A stretch of DNA of 64,000 nucleotides from the human T2T-CHM13v2.0 reference genome, Homo sapiens (GCF_009914755.1 NC_060927.1), one strand, 5' to 3'. Shown: positions 1-15,280, numbered from the stretch's first letter. Made by a program: numbers and translations. The notes: generated by a model from the letters alone, not told the origin.

Positions 1-2549
1 CAAGAAGCTCCCAAATCAAAATGGGCTATCTGGATTGCTAAACTTATTATACTCATTTACAACTCACTGACTGTTTTTGTTCCAGTTTCTCTGGCTAACA
101 TTCCTTTCCCCCATTTCAAATGCTACCCTTAGTGGAAAATTCGCCAAAGTTGCTACCTTCCTTTTGAAGCACTCCCATATTCCTCTTGCTGTGAGTCATA
201 ATTCTCAACTCTACACTCCCACACTAAGCATATTCTCTGTATAAGAATATGCTTAAAATATTCTATTGTACAATATTGTACAATGTTGTATAATACGTAT
301 TGTATAATATTGTTACTTGTGTCTGTCTTTTCCTCTATTACGTTGATTGAATTGTGTTTGTACCTAGTAATCAATCCAGCGTCATGTAAATGGTTGATTC
401 TCAATAAATGCCAATTGTATGAATAAAGTGGAGAAATGATGCCATATTTCTGAAAGATAGGTCTACTGCCTTGAATCTCAACTAGCCTAATTGATTTTTC
501 TGTTTTTAGAGATGGAATTCATGAGCACCTTCTTGAGTGGTAGAGGTGTGGTTTTACATTCATTAACTCCCTTGCCTTCCATTATAGAGGACTACACATT
601 TAGAAAGACATAAATAGGAGGCAAACGTATTTGGCTAATGCTGGAAGCACAAATTCACTTCCTGAAACTTTCTTTGTTGCATGAAACCCTCCAGGAAATA
701 AACGACTTATGCTTTCCCCAACCTACCATGTCTATTCACAGCTTTGTCATTTGTATATGCTATTCACTCTGGGTGATGTTTTCTTTCCTCTGCTATCCAG
801 TGATTTTTGTATTTTAAGACTCAGCTCATATGTCACCCCCTATGCAAATTCCTCCCCAATTACCTAGAATTAAAGATTTGGATCTTTTTTAATGCTGTCA
901 GAGCACTCTGGAGTTACCTCTATTAGAAAACTGTTACCCTGTTTTGTACTTTGTGGTTTGCATACCTGTGTCTTTCCATAGACTACGAGTTTCCCTGAGA
1001 GAGCAACCATGTTTTCTTTCTCTTTCAGTCTACAAAGATATCTCCACCTTTATCTTCAAATATAAGGTGTAAACTGTCACAGTTTTTGGATAGTCATAAA
1101 CTGAGAAAGCATAGGACCAGAGACATAATTAATACTTAGTAACTACTTAATGAATCAGTGGTTTTTATTAAGATAAATTATTAATCAGCTCTATATGGGA
1201 AGCACCTTACTAAGTACTGATAGAGAATAAAAAATGACTCAAACAAGGCCAAGTGATGTAAAATCACCCAGTAGGGGACCAGACCAAGGGACATGAGGAT
1301 GGAAAGAATAATTGGAGCAGGAATCTGAGCTGTGCCTCAGAAGATGAGACTTTCCACGGATGGAGAAGGAGTGGGGTTGCGGCGGGAGAGACAAGGCTAT
1401 TCCAGGATGCAAAAACAGCAGGATATCATAGGATGCTTTCCTGAATTGAGTTAAAGATAAACTCTATTAAATGTAAACAAAGCTGCATGAATTTAAAGGA
1501 AACAATGCATACTGCATTAAAGTAGATTAAAACTAGAGACAACCCTCTGAGAGCCAAAATGTGTTCAGTGCAGTTTGAAATTAACTTAGTACATAAAAAT
1601 TCAGACAAATTGTCAGAGAAGACAGAATAACATTGCCCTGGCATGCTTTAACCTTTCTTACTTAAAACAACAAGTAGCTGGGCATACAATCACCTTTTTG
1701 CATTAACTTACGTTATTAATTGAGAATCATTATTAGAGCTTAAACTGAATACCAGCGTTGGAAAATGTGATTCAAGCTTGACTTGACATTTTTTTAAGTC
1801 ATCCTGCCTGTGAGGGGCAGGATGGAGCTTTCCCTTTGCTCTGCTCTTTAAGGTGAGGTGAGATCCTTCAACAGGGTGATGAACACCTCTCTGGTTTCCT
1901 AGAGAAGCCTAAGACCACGCCATGGCCAGGGCGCATCAGAAAATGTAGGTCAAGCTGTGCTGAGTAAAAGAGTGTTTTCACTGGGCTACACAAGAAAGAC
2001 TGGCCTGCTTTCTGTGTCATCTTCAGAAGGCCCTGCCCAAGTGCTTTCATGAAAATGGCATTAAAAGACTCATAAAGATACTGTGGTGAAGTGATCTCTA
2101 GCACTTTCACTGAAATTCTGTTACTTGAAGATTTCCAGGTAATCAAAAGACACAGAAGCTGTGTGAAAAGAAAAAACAGGGTAGGGAGGGGTTATGGGGA
2201 TGGGGTTGGGTGTTTAATAATTGAAACATGAATGTATCAAAAATGACTGGCCTACTGTTTGGCAGTGATCACTGGAGAGACTGCAGAGAAGGTTCTGGAG
2301 CATGCAGATAGACACTGTAGAACTTCAGAACATTCACCAGGGAGAATATGTGAGGACAAGGGCAGGGGTCAGAAGAATAACTGAGATTGGGGCATCAGAG
2401 GAAGACAGCAGCAAAAGCTGGGTGGAGAGGCAACCAGAAGCTGTTCCCCTGGAGAGCCAGTCTCAACTGCCGTGCTCAAGCACACTTGTGATGTGGCAAA
2501 ATTTGTTACCAATAAAATACAATACATAGTAAATGACTCATTTTGTGAA

Positions 2550-2905
2550 TGGATTAGTCCATTCTCATGCTGCTAATAAAGACATACCCAAGATTGGGTA
2601 ATTTATAAAGGAAGGAGGTTTAATAGACTCACATTTCCACATGGCTGGGGAGGCCTCACAATCATTGCAGAAGGCAAAGGAGAAGCAAAGTCATGTCTTC
2701 CATGGCAGCGGGCAAGAGAGAGTGTGCAGGGGAACTCACATTTATAAAACCAACGGATCTCATGAGATTTATTCACTACCATGAGAACAGTATGGTGGAA
2801 ATTGCCCCCATGATTCAATTAGCTCTACCCGGCCCCACCCTTGACACCTGGTGATTATTACAATTCCAGGTGAGATTTGGGTGGGGACACAGTAAAACCA
2901 TATCA
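2550..2905 (-). mobile_element. THE1 (THE1C-like) MaLR solo LTR
   Basis: Minus strand starts TGATATGGTTTTACTGTGTCCCCACCCAAATCTCA and ends ...GGACTAATCCA. Flanked by a near-TSD gtgaa/gtaaa. Confidence 0.9.
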
Positions 2906-3073
2906 GTAAATAAAATAGAAATAATATTATTCTTAAAATAACACGACCCTCAAAAAGATACATTCCGGTAGAGTTTCTAGAATGGAAGTGAGTCTATGAA
3001 GTTATCTGAACTACAGGGAAACAGTTTCTAGTTGCCTCTCCACCTAGCCATTGAACTATAGCTTTTATCTACA

Positions 3074-3241
3074 TCAGTGGTTGCCGAAGTGAAATCTCCT
3101 GACCAGAGGCATCAGCATCCCCTGGGACCTTGTTAGTAATGCAAACCAAATGAATAAAAACTTTAGGGGTGGGGCCAAAAATCTTTGTTGTAATAAATCC
3201 TACAGGTGATCTTGATCACACTAAAAATTTTAAGGACCACT
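3074..3241. mobile_element. MER5A hAT-Charlie DNA transposon relic
   Basis: Termini cagtggtt...gaccact. Internal gcatcagcatcccctggga-cttgttag-aatgca and ggggtggggcc motifs are typical of MER5A. Confidence 0.75.
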
Positions 3242-3539
3242 AATCTATAAGTCTGTAATGACTGCCCAGTGTGGATGAACTTTTAATATTTACACATTTA
3301 CAAAGTGTTTTTATGAACTCATTCCCAAAACTGAAATATAAAACACTATTAGTTTAATTTCTCTGAAAAATTGGCTTGTGTTTCTTAAAACTGAATATCA
3401 AGAGGAGGGACGTAGCAATCACGATTTTCTTGGACAATTATCAACTCTCACACTGAAAACTAGAAAGACAATTTGCCATTAATACTTCTGACAGCATGAG
3501 AGGCCCCAGTTTTATAGTCCGCTCCTCAATCAACTCCAG

Positions 3540-3737
3540 AGACCCAGCAATTAGACGGCCAGTGAAAGATCTAGACCCAGCAATTAGACGGCCAGCGAAA
3601 GATCTAGACCCAGCAATTAGACGGCCAGCGAAAGATCTAGACCCAGCAATTAGACGGCCAGCGAAAGATCTAGACCCAGCAATTAGACGGCCAGCGAAAG
3701 ATCTAGACCCAGCAGTTAGACGGCCAGCGAAAGACCT
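3540..3737. repeat. 33-bp minisatellite (VNTR), 6 copies of AGACCCAGCAATTAGACGGCCAGCGAAAGATCT
   Basis: Units start at 3540, 3573, 3606, 3639, 3672 and 3705. The four inner copies are identical; the first has 1 substitution and the last has 2. Confidence 0.97.
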
Positions 3738-4829
3738 GATGAAGAAAAGAAAGTTATGCTTTTTGAATGTGAAACTTCCATTTAATTTTTTTAAACCATC
3801 TGCTTAAAAATTATTTATGGCAAACCTGAGATGTATTTCAATTGTAAAAACAATTTTTCCCCTATTCAAGTAAGTGCCTAAGAACAAAGTCCAATGACAA
3901 AAACTGAAAAATACTATCGCCTAAAAAAAAAAAAATAGAGCTGGCAAACATAACTCTGGTTGTGTAAGCAATAATACAAGATAGCGAACACACTTAAAAC
4001 GCCATAAAGATTTGCTGTGGGTATACTGTGCTAAATGAAGTCAAAGGCTAAATGAATCAGGTCCCCAAGAGTTCCACATTACTGAGAAACCTGCAGTGTA
4101 TCACTCCAGTTCAAAAATGATTATTTTAAAATTTGCCTATTGAACCTCTCCTGACTGTATCCACGTTAAACCCATTACAGTTCATAGATGTTACACATAC
4201 AATCAGTGAGAGACATGAAGCCCCCTAACGTTTCTCTAATGAGCTCTGACTCAGCAGATAGAGACTAATAATTACACAGCACAGAATCTATTAGATTGCT
4301 TTCTTAGTTTACGATTATCTGAAAACTGTGTTACATTACTCCTTCTGTTTGAAGTTGAGGGCAGGAATATCTTTGCAGACTGACATTTAAACATGGAGCT
4401 AAATTCTTGGCCTACTTATGGTGAAAGGATATGTATAGATAATTCCTCCAAAAGAAAAAACAAAAAGTAAGTCAATATTTGAAGTATAATTAAATGAAAT
4501 TTTAAAAATAATAGGCTCCTTTGAATAACAAAAAAAGTGTTAAGATCAAATACAGTTAAGGCTACAAAGATACGATTGCCTTTTGTGTATGTAAATTTGA
4601 TAGAAATCCGGCTTTATTTATGGAGAATATTCTGGTAATATTACAGTGAAAGCTGCTACATATTTTACATTTTCTATCTAGAAATTCTTTATCAGTCATT
4701 TATCCTAAAGAAATAATTCAAAAAGTAAAAATTATGCAGATAAATATATAGCTTTTCTGCTACAAATTCTTCATGCAGCTAGATAATTTTCTATTCTACA
4801 CTTCTGTTGAAGTACAATTGAGAAAAGCA

Positions 4830-7197
<2,368 letters not shown>

Positions 7198-7695
7198 TCA
7201 AACATTAATAAGTAATTAAATATTATATTACACATTAAATGGAATATTTTGATAGAAATTCTTTTGCTGTTTCTCTGTATTAAAGAGTACTACTTTGTTG
7301 ATTTAACACTAAAAGCATTTTCCTACTGAAGTAGTGTCCAACATTATGAAACAAGGAATTGAATTATATAACACTGATTATCATTACAGAAACATTCCAA
7401 AACAAATTTCACATAACCAAACTATTCATACAACTTTCCTCTACCATGTCCATTCTCCATTATTTGAGTTATTCTTATTCTTATTTGAGCACTAGTTGTA
7501 CTATCGTCTAAGAGAAGTAATATGTATAGGTAGGTATATAGTCAAGTACCAGAGGAAGATGGAAATTTGTCAGTAGAACCAACCACCTAGTTATATGAAG
7601 CCCAAATTTACAACTATACACTAAGATGATCAACTCAAGATTCTCTGCGTAGGTTATTCTTCAATCAATGTATTGAACTTTGAATTAAATAACAT

Positions 7696-7991
7696 GGCCA
7701 AGTATGGTGGCTCATGCTTGTAAACTCAGTGTTTTGGCAGGCCACAGCAGGAGGATCACTTGAGGCCAGCATTTTCATACCACTCTGGGAAACAGCGAGA
7801 CCCTGTCTCTAAAAATATAAAATAAAATAAAAATTAGCTGCGAATGGTGGTTTGCACCTATAATCTTAGCTACTCAGCAAGCTAAGGCTGGGGGATTGCT
7901 TGAGCCCAGGAGCTCAAGGCTGTAGTAAGCTATGATGCAGCCACTGTACTCCAGCCTGAGCGACAGAGTGAGACCCTGTCTCTAAAATAAA
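7696..7991 (+). mobile_element. AluJ
   Basis: Diverged dimeric Alu with J-type gaggatcacttgaggcc and ttgagcccaggagctcaaggctgtagt. Confidence 0.88.
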
Positions 7992-8737
7992 TAGACACAT
8001 AATATATGTAAGATTTGTTATTTTTAACTTATTTTCCAAGGGTATAAACATAATCAAAAGCGATTCCAATGAATCACTGTGGTTTGTGTTTTCTTACCCA
8101 CAAGATTTGACAATCCATATTTATGGACCATCACCTTTTAGACCATTCAAAGAACAAGGTAGTCACCAAAAGTTTTATTTTAGGAGGCAGGCATAAATGT
8201 TCCTTTGTAATACAGTCAATTAATAAACTGGAACATTTCTAGAAAAATTAACTATTTAATATTTGATGTGGGCATTTGAATACTTGCTAAAAGTCTTTAC
8301 ATTTAGGTTGGATAACTTTTAAAATTTGTTTATTTTTCAATTTAAAAAATGATGATTAGCACTTGACTCTCTCCTGTACTTATCTTGTAATTGACTTTAT
8401 ATAAAGACAAAATTCTGACTGACAAAATGTTAATGGGTAAGTGTAATCAAGATGCAAATTCCTCAACGGTACAATGCAAATTCTGTTCATTGATTACCCC
8501 TAGATCACGTTGCTTAACAATTTAACAATATTTACACATACACACATAATAACTATGATGGCAGCTACTATTTTAGAATGGTAATATTGTCATGGGTATT
8601 TTAAAGCCTGAGAGTCATTAATTCTGCCAAGAAATATTAGAAGCTGAAAGGTACCATTAAATTTATAAATAAATTTGACAACAAATCTGGCCATAAAATA
8701 GAAATCGGAGGATAAACGTTTTAAAACTATGTATTTA

Positions 8738-9218
8738 ATAAGGACCTAGTACATGGAATATATAAAGAACTCAATACTAAAAGACAAATAATCCGATTAA
8801 AAACTGGTCAAAGATTTGAGTAGACATTTTGTCAAAGACGGTAAGACAAAAATGACTAATAAGCACATGAAAAGATGCTCAACATTAGTCCCCATTAGGG
8901 AAAAACCATGATGAGATGCTACTTCACACTTACTAGGATAGTTATAATAAAAAAGACAGACAATAACAGGTGTTGGTGAGAATGTGGAAAAATTGGAACC
9001 TTATACATTGCTGGTAGGATTGTAAACTAGTACAGCCACCTTCGGGGCTGGGGAGAGGGACAAACGAATAATGACTGCTAATGGGAACAGGTTTCTTTTC
9101 AGGATGATGAAAATGCTCCGAAATTAGATAATGGTTATTACACAACTTTTGGAGTACTAGACATAACTGAATTGTGCACTACTAAAAGGTCAATATTATA
9201 TCTCAGTTAAAAAAAGAA
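8738..9218 (+). mobile_element. L1MB-type 3' fragment with an internal deletion near 9042
   Basis: L1 motifs aagcacatgaaaagatgctcaaca, ggtgagaatgtggaaaaattggaacc and gactgctaatgggaacaggtttcttt, ending in an A-rich tail. Confidence 0.8.
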
Positions 9219-11908
9219 ATCGTTAAGAGTAGATAGATGTTAAGGTATTTGACAAACATCCCAAATACTTCAAATTAGAGCTAAAACCATTCTGTACAAT
9301 CTAAGAAATAATGAAAATATCTAAATAAAATTTCCATGCAAACAATAAATCTAACCTGGGAATTCACAGTGCTGAAGCAGAGTTGATAAACAAATCTTAT
9401 AATTTAGGACTCCTGTCAAATGCTTCCCTTGAAAAGGAAATAAATCCACAATTCTTCAGCTTGGCAGGAAGTCTCAATTAACTGACTAAAATTGGCATAG
9501 GAGTGGACTCTATTGATCTCATATTAAATGTTTATTATTTAATAATGGATCTTTGGCAAACAAATAATGGACTTAATTTTTTACTAAAGCCAAATAAGAA
9601 GTAAATGTTTATTCTAATTTTCAAACGTACTCAAATTGAGAACATTCAGCTAAGTAATAAAAACAAATCAGATCATGACCAATTAAATTTTTAAGGCTCT
9701 CTACAAAGATATATTTACAGTAAATGTTGATGTGTTTTGCAGAAATTTAATATTTGTAATGCACTAAATTAGCTGTGGCATGATGGTCTCATAGCAATTT
9801 GTGCTGGATTTTTCAATATGCTCATGGGGTTATATAGGGCTAACAATACCCAGAGACACAAACCAGACTCTGGCATTATAAAAAGCTTGAAATGTTTCTT
9901 ACAGAGGTCCCTGTGACTTAGCTATACTTTTATAACTATTCAACTTCCACATTAGCACCTGAGTTTTCTTTCTCAAATACAAATATGATCATTTCAGAAT
10001 AAGTATAGAACAGGTCAATTCCAACAATTATCAACTCTAATGTTTTTTAGTTCCTATATGGTATGTAGCTACACCAGGAGACCTGGGCTCCTAGTAAACA
10101 GGCCTCCCCTCTCTCTAATGGGTTTCTCTCCCCACCCTGTGTCCATCCAGGCTGAGGCTCACTCACCTGTCTGCAAAGCCCAGAGGGAACTGTATCAGCC
10201 CGCTCAATGCTGAGCTGTGGGCAGAAGGCCTAACTTTAGGCTTTCTATAGCTCTCTCTTCCATTCCTCTAGTGAAAGCAGAAATGATATTTTATCTCAAG
10301 GAGTTGGTAAATTCTAACACTGTGGTTTGAATTTATTGGGAAGAAAAGAGGTTTGTCCTCTAGGTCAGATAAAGGAACTACTCAGGATGTGTGATACAGA
10401 ACAAAAACAGAGTCCTGGAGTGTGGAGTCAAAGGCCCCGTTAATCAGACAGTGTGTGTGTAGCATTCTTTGTTTCCTTGCGCATTTCTTTCCTTCAGAGA
10501 CCTTTAGAGGAAAAAGAATCCTATGGATAAGAGCAGTATTCCTAGCACGTCTTCCCTAATAGTATTTAAATAGTTGTGATCGTTACAATTGCCTGTCCTA
10601 ATTTCACTCAGCCTTTGCCTCTTGCCCTTTATAAATGCTGTGTTGGAATATTCTTCCTCCTCTTTATCCAACTGGAAAACTCCTTCTTCTTTAAGCATTA
10701 GATTAGATGTAACTTTCTCTGGGAAGTCTTTCAGGAAAAATGGTTTCCCAGCTGCCTTATGCAAAGCTACATTTCAGCTTTTATTAATTTGTATTTGAAC
10801 GATTTGCTTACACAGCTCTCCGTCCCACTTAACTGCAGTTTCTTCAAAGAAAGGAGCCATATTGTATACATCTCTGTGTTCTCATAACCTGACTTAGAGC
10901 TCTTCACAGAATTCTTATCAAATGGCTAGATTTTAAATAATTTTGAACATTACCATGAAAATCTAAAGAAAGAACAAATGAGTTGATTGAATGCTTAAGT
11001 GAAATTTATTATGCCCAATTTAAGAATGGCATTACAATCAGTGAGATGGAGAGATGCAAGAGAGAGACTTTATAAACTCCAAACTCTTTGGTCTGCTTGT
11101 CAAGATCCTGTTTAATTTTAAAGACTGTCTCTCACTACTCCTTTATATAAAATCCGTATGAAAGTATCTTCTTTTTGTGTACATGCCCCAAAGTTTTGCA
11201 TCTGTAGTTTTGCTGACACTTTCCTTTAAAATGTTTTCCCCAAATCTGATACACATATAGGGAATCTCCAAAGCCCTTTCCCCAGTATTTCTAAGATCCC
11301 CTCAACTCCATACCCAGCAAATGAATATCATTTACATCACAGCCAAATAACATATTGTTTGTAACTTTTCGAAAATGTTTTCTTGACTATATTCTGTACT
11401 ATGGTCATTTGTTGTATTCACTGTGAAAGGGCACACAAACATCATTTTTATGTTTTAATTTGCCTACTAGAGAGAAGGTTCCAGGGTTAACGCTGTTCTC
11501 ATTTCATATTTACATCCCTTACTGGCCTGGAGATATAGAAAATATTAAGGGGTTTTCTGTTACATTTAGTTCATGCAGCAGCCTGTGAGGTAAGTTTCAA
11601 ATAAAGAACAAATCGACTATGTGATCATTTTTTTCCTTTGTAAGCTTTGATTATTCTCATTTATAAATTAATATCACTGAGTTAAAATAGCTTTAATGAC
11701 TTTTCAGTCACTAATCTTTTAGGTCTTAAATGTTTTCTTTCAACTGTAAAACAAATTGTACATTTTTTCTTCTTGATTCTGAAATTGGAGCATTAGTAAG
11801 TTCCCTGTCTCTGTATTATCTGAAAGAGTCATTGTGGTTTTTTACACTTTATTTTCAAGTGGCAAATAATAATTGTGTATATTAACAAATGAGTGGATAA
11901 TGAAAATA

Positions 11909-12010
11909 TGGTGTATATATACATAACATATATATAACATATATATATACACACACACAGACTATAAATTATATATATAAAATACCATATATATATATAT
12001 ATATATACAT
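11909..12010. repeat. (TA)n/(CA)n microsatellite
   Basis: Seen directly in the sequence. Confidence 0.9.
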
Positions 12011-12423
12011 AGCCATAGTCCGAATGTGTCCCCGCAAATTCACATATTGAAACAATTGCCAATCTGGTGGTCTTAAGAGGTGGAGCATTTGGGAAGTGAT
12101 TAAGTGATAAGGATTCTGCTCTCATGAGTGAGATTAATTCAGTTACATTATAAAAGAGAGCTCAAAGAGCTCCCTCTCTATCTGCCCTTCCCCTCTTCTG
12201 TCATGTGAAGATGCCACCATGAGAAGACAGCATTGATGGAACGAACAGCCCTCACCAAACACTGAGCTTACCGGAGCCTTGATGTTGGACGTCCTGACTT
12301 CCAAAATTGGGATAAATAAATTTCTAATTATTATAGATTACCCAGTCCAATAAATAAATTTCTAATATTTATAATTCCCAGTCCAATAGTATTTTGTTAT
12401 AGCAGCAAGAACAGACTAAGACA
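12011..12423 (+). mobile_element. MaLR solo LTR (MSTD/MLT1A-like) nested in L1MA
   Basis: Starts gccatagtccgaatgtgtccccgcaaattcacatattgaaac and ends gtattttgttatagcagcaagaacagactaagaca. Confidence 0.85.
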
Positions 12424-13948
12424 TATATACAAGGAATACTATTCAGCCTTTAAAAAGCAGAAATCTTGTCATTTGCAACAACATGGATGAACCTGGAGAA
12501 CATTATGTTAAGTGGAATAAGCCAGGCACAGAAAGACAAACACCTCATAATATCATTTATATGTGGAATCTAAAAAAGTTGAACTCATGGAAATAAAAAA
12601 TGAAATGATGGCTACCAGAGGCTGAAGGAAGGGAGCAGCTGGGAAAAGGGAGGATGTTCATCAAAGGAGAGAAATAATCATTGTTTTTTTCTTTTTCCTT
12701 GGGTGGATTTGCCTTACAAATGTAGATTGTTATTTTTAACACTCAGTTATAACTACCTTGAAAATGTGTGCAGCAGTAATTAATAAGAATATAGAGGCAA
12801 AACTAAAATAAATAGGCAAAATCAGACTACTTTCATGGATAGCTATGCTAATAATGCTTGCAGCAAGAAGAAAAAAGAACTGGACTTTTTTAAATGTTCC
12901 CTATGTTTTCATTTGCACTATTGGTTAATGACGTCCTGCTTTAGTATTTTAAAAAATCTTCGTTTTTCACTGAAGGAGAGAAATGGAAAATTTTGCTCAG
13001 CATGTGAGTCCTGGAATGACAGAAGGAATCACAAATCAATTATTTTAGTCCTATCTTTGTTACTGAGTTTGCAATATTGAAAACATGTTTCCAATATCCT
13101 GATAAGTTCATTTGTACAATGGATTACATTTGCTATTCTTACAGTCCCTGAATATTAGATTTAGTTACGTTATGCAAAGAGGATCAAAACATCAAGATGG
13201 AAAATACTCTTTTTAAAAAGCCCTGTTAATTTAGAAGAGTATTCAGCTCCTAAATAAACTTGCTTTTTGTTTTTTGTTTTGTTATCTGAGCAGCAGTAGC
13301 AAGATGTGAACGGATTCCTATCACTGCCATTTCCATGCTCTTCAATTTGCATTTTCACACTTCTTTTAAAAAATTATCATGTTTACCAGCTCTGGCCTTT
13401 GCCATCTCCTAAATGCATCTGAGGAAATGAATGGTTTTTACTTTTATTATATCTTCGATAGTCTCTGGTAATAGATGTCTGCTGCTGTAGGGAATTCACT
13501 AAAAAAATACAAAGATTAGTAGAGACCTTTTCTTAATTCTACTGTTTTCTCATTTACCTGAGGGTGTTAGAGTAGGGACTGAATACCTGTTTGCTGAAAT
13601 GAATCACATTTATATTGATGCATTTAAATACTGGAAGCTTTTAATTAATATGAAGGCAGATTCCTCTCTTAGTGCTCAATTAGGTGATGAGGCAAACAAG
13701 CTCATCTGATATTCATAAAAGCTTGAGAACCACCACTTGTAAAAAACCCAAGTCAGCTGAAGTAAAAAATCCCCTCAGATTTATTGGTGTCTATGAATAA
13801 AAGATGGAGCAAGTAGGACAGGGTCAGGAAAACCATTTATCTTCAAAATTGAAAGAAGTAAAGAGAAAGAAATCCTGGGGACTCCTAAAACAGAAACCAA
13901 TTATCAGATGATTATTAGTGATTCATTTTTGGGATGCATTAAATAAAT

Positions 13949-14090
13949 ATTTCTCAAAAGGTGGCAGCTGATCTAGCAGCATAAGCTCCACCAAACCTCT
14001 TGAATCCGCTGTTGGAACTGGGGCCCAGTAATCTTGTTTTAACAAGCCGATCAGGTGACTCTGATGCATGTTAACATTTGAGAATCATTG
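13949..14090. mobile_element. MER5A relic
   Basis: ggggcccagtaatcttgttttaacaagcc...aggtgactctgatgcatgttaacatttgagaatcattg. Confidence 0.7.
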
Positions 14091-14439
14091 TCCTAAATCA
14101 TAGAGGTAACTAGTGACAGGATTAGAAGTTGAATCTAGACATGCAAGGTCAGCAAATTTAAATAGGGGAACAATATTCTATGTAATATGCCATTTGAGCT
14201 TGTGCTTTTTAAGTGGTTCCTATCCATAAGGCATTCCTGGAACCAAGTATTTTAAACATACCAGAGAGAAAGACTAATACTTTAGTATCTGTGATCAGTG
14301 TGCTATTGGGAAAATGACTTTAATTTTTATCAGATTAAATTATTGGCTGCATTTTCTGTGCCTTCCTCATCTACACCTGGAGGTTGGCCCCATTGTGAAC
14401 AAAGTATTTTTCTGCCCGTTTGAAGGTTGCTTTGACTAC

Positions 14440-14690
14440 ATGATTTGTTGATTTTCATTAGGTTCTTCTGCCTCTGCCATTGCTGTGAGAAGAACATATT
14501 CAGTTAGCTGGCTAGTTAAACAAGATGCATGAAACAGAGCTGCTGAGCTAACCTACTGAAAGTAATAAGCAGACCCATGCTACCTGACAGTGTGAAGTTA
14601 AACTTGGTCAGCCCAACTTCAGCCAGTCTAGAGATCTGAGTGTTATATGCCACTGGGATTGCATGTTTATTATAGAGAAAAGCCTAGTCA
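14440..14690 (+). mobile_element. Old MLT1 (MLT1I/J-like) LTR fragment
   Basis: ctctgccattgctgtgagaagaacat and tgttatatgccactgggatt resemble MLT1. Highly diverged. Confidence 0.45.
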
Positions 14691-14777
14691 ATGAGTCCAG
14701 TTAGAAAAATTTGATGGACAGCCAAAACGATAATTTTTAATACCGCTCAGTGCTAACTTTTGTTGACTGTGAAATGG

Positions 14778-15088
14778 TTTTTTTGTTTGTTTGTTTGTTT
14801 GTTTTTCTGAAACAGTCTTGCTCTGTCACCCAGGCTGGAATGCAGTGGCCCAATCTCAGCTCACTGCAGGCTCCGCCTCTCAGGTTCAAGCAATTCTCCT
14901 GTCTTGGCCTCCTGAGTAGCTGAGACTACAGGTGCGCAACACCACGCCAGGCTAATTTTTGAATTTTTAGTAGAGACAGGATTTCGCCACGTTGGGCAGG
15001 CTGGTTTTGAACTCCTGACCTCAGGTGATCCACCCGCCTGGGTCTCCCAAAGTGCTGGGATTACAGGCATGAGCCACTGTGCCCAGCC
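14778..15088 (-). mobile_element. AluSx-like element with a (TTTG)n tail
   Basis: Full antisense Alu with TSD tgaaatggt on both sides. Confidence 0.95.
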
Positions 15089-15280
15089 TTGAAATGGTCT
15101 TCATGTTGTAAATTCAGACCTTCCAGTAGAATAAAAATACAATGCCCAGCCTCTAAGAAAGGTATTTCAAGGGATATCAAACCCCATTGTTACTGTTAAA
15201 GTATGCTATAAAGTTGGATTTCCATGTTTCTTGGAGTGAAAAATAAAATCTAATTTCAAAACTATTAATATGGATTCCAC

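Larger units (their letters stand above)
11838..12677. mobile_element. L1MA 3' fragment with an apparent 5' inversion, interrupted by (TA)n and a MaLR LTR
   Basis: 11838-11883 resembles the antisense L1MA 3' terminus. 11884-11910 and 12424-12677 are sense L1MA (ggaatactattcagcc, acatggatgaacctggagaacattatgttaagtg). The motif tcattgt flanks both ends. Confidence 0.7.

Noticed and set aside
3540-3737. 33-bp repeats as a CRISPR array
   Set aside because: The units are contiguous with no unique spacers, there are no cas genes, and the DNA is primate.
3496-3807. 103-aa ORF as a real CDS
   Set aside because: The length is created by a stop-free repeat, the Kozak context is weak, and there is no promoter or homology evidence.
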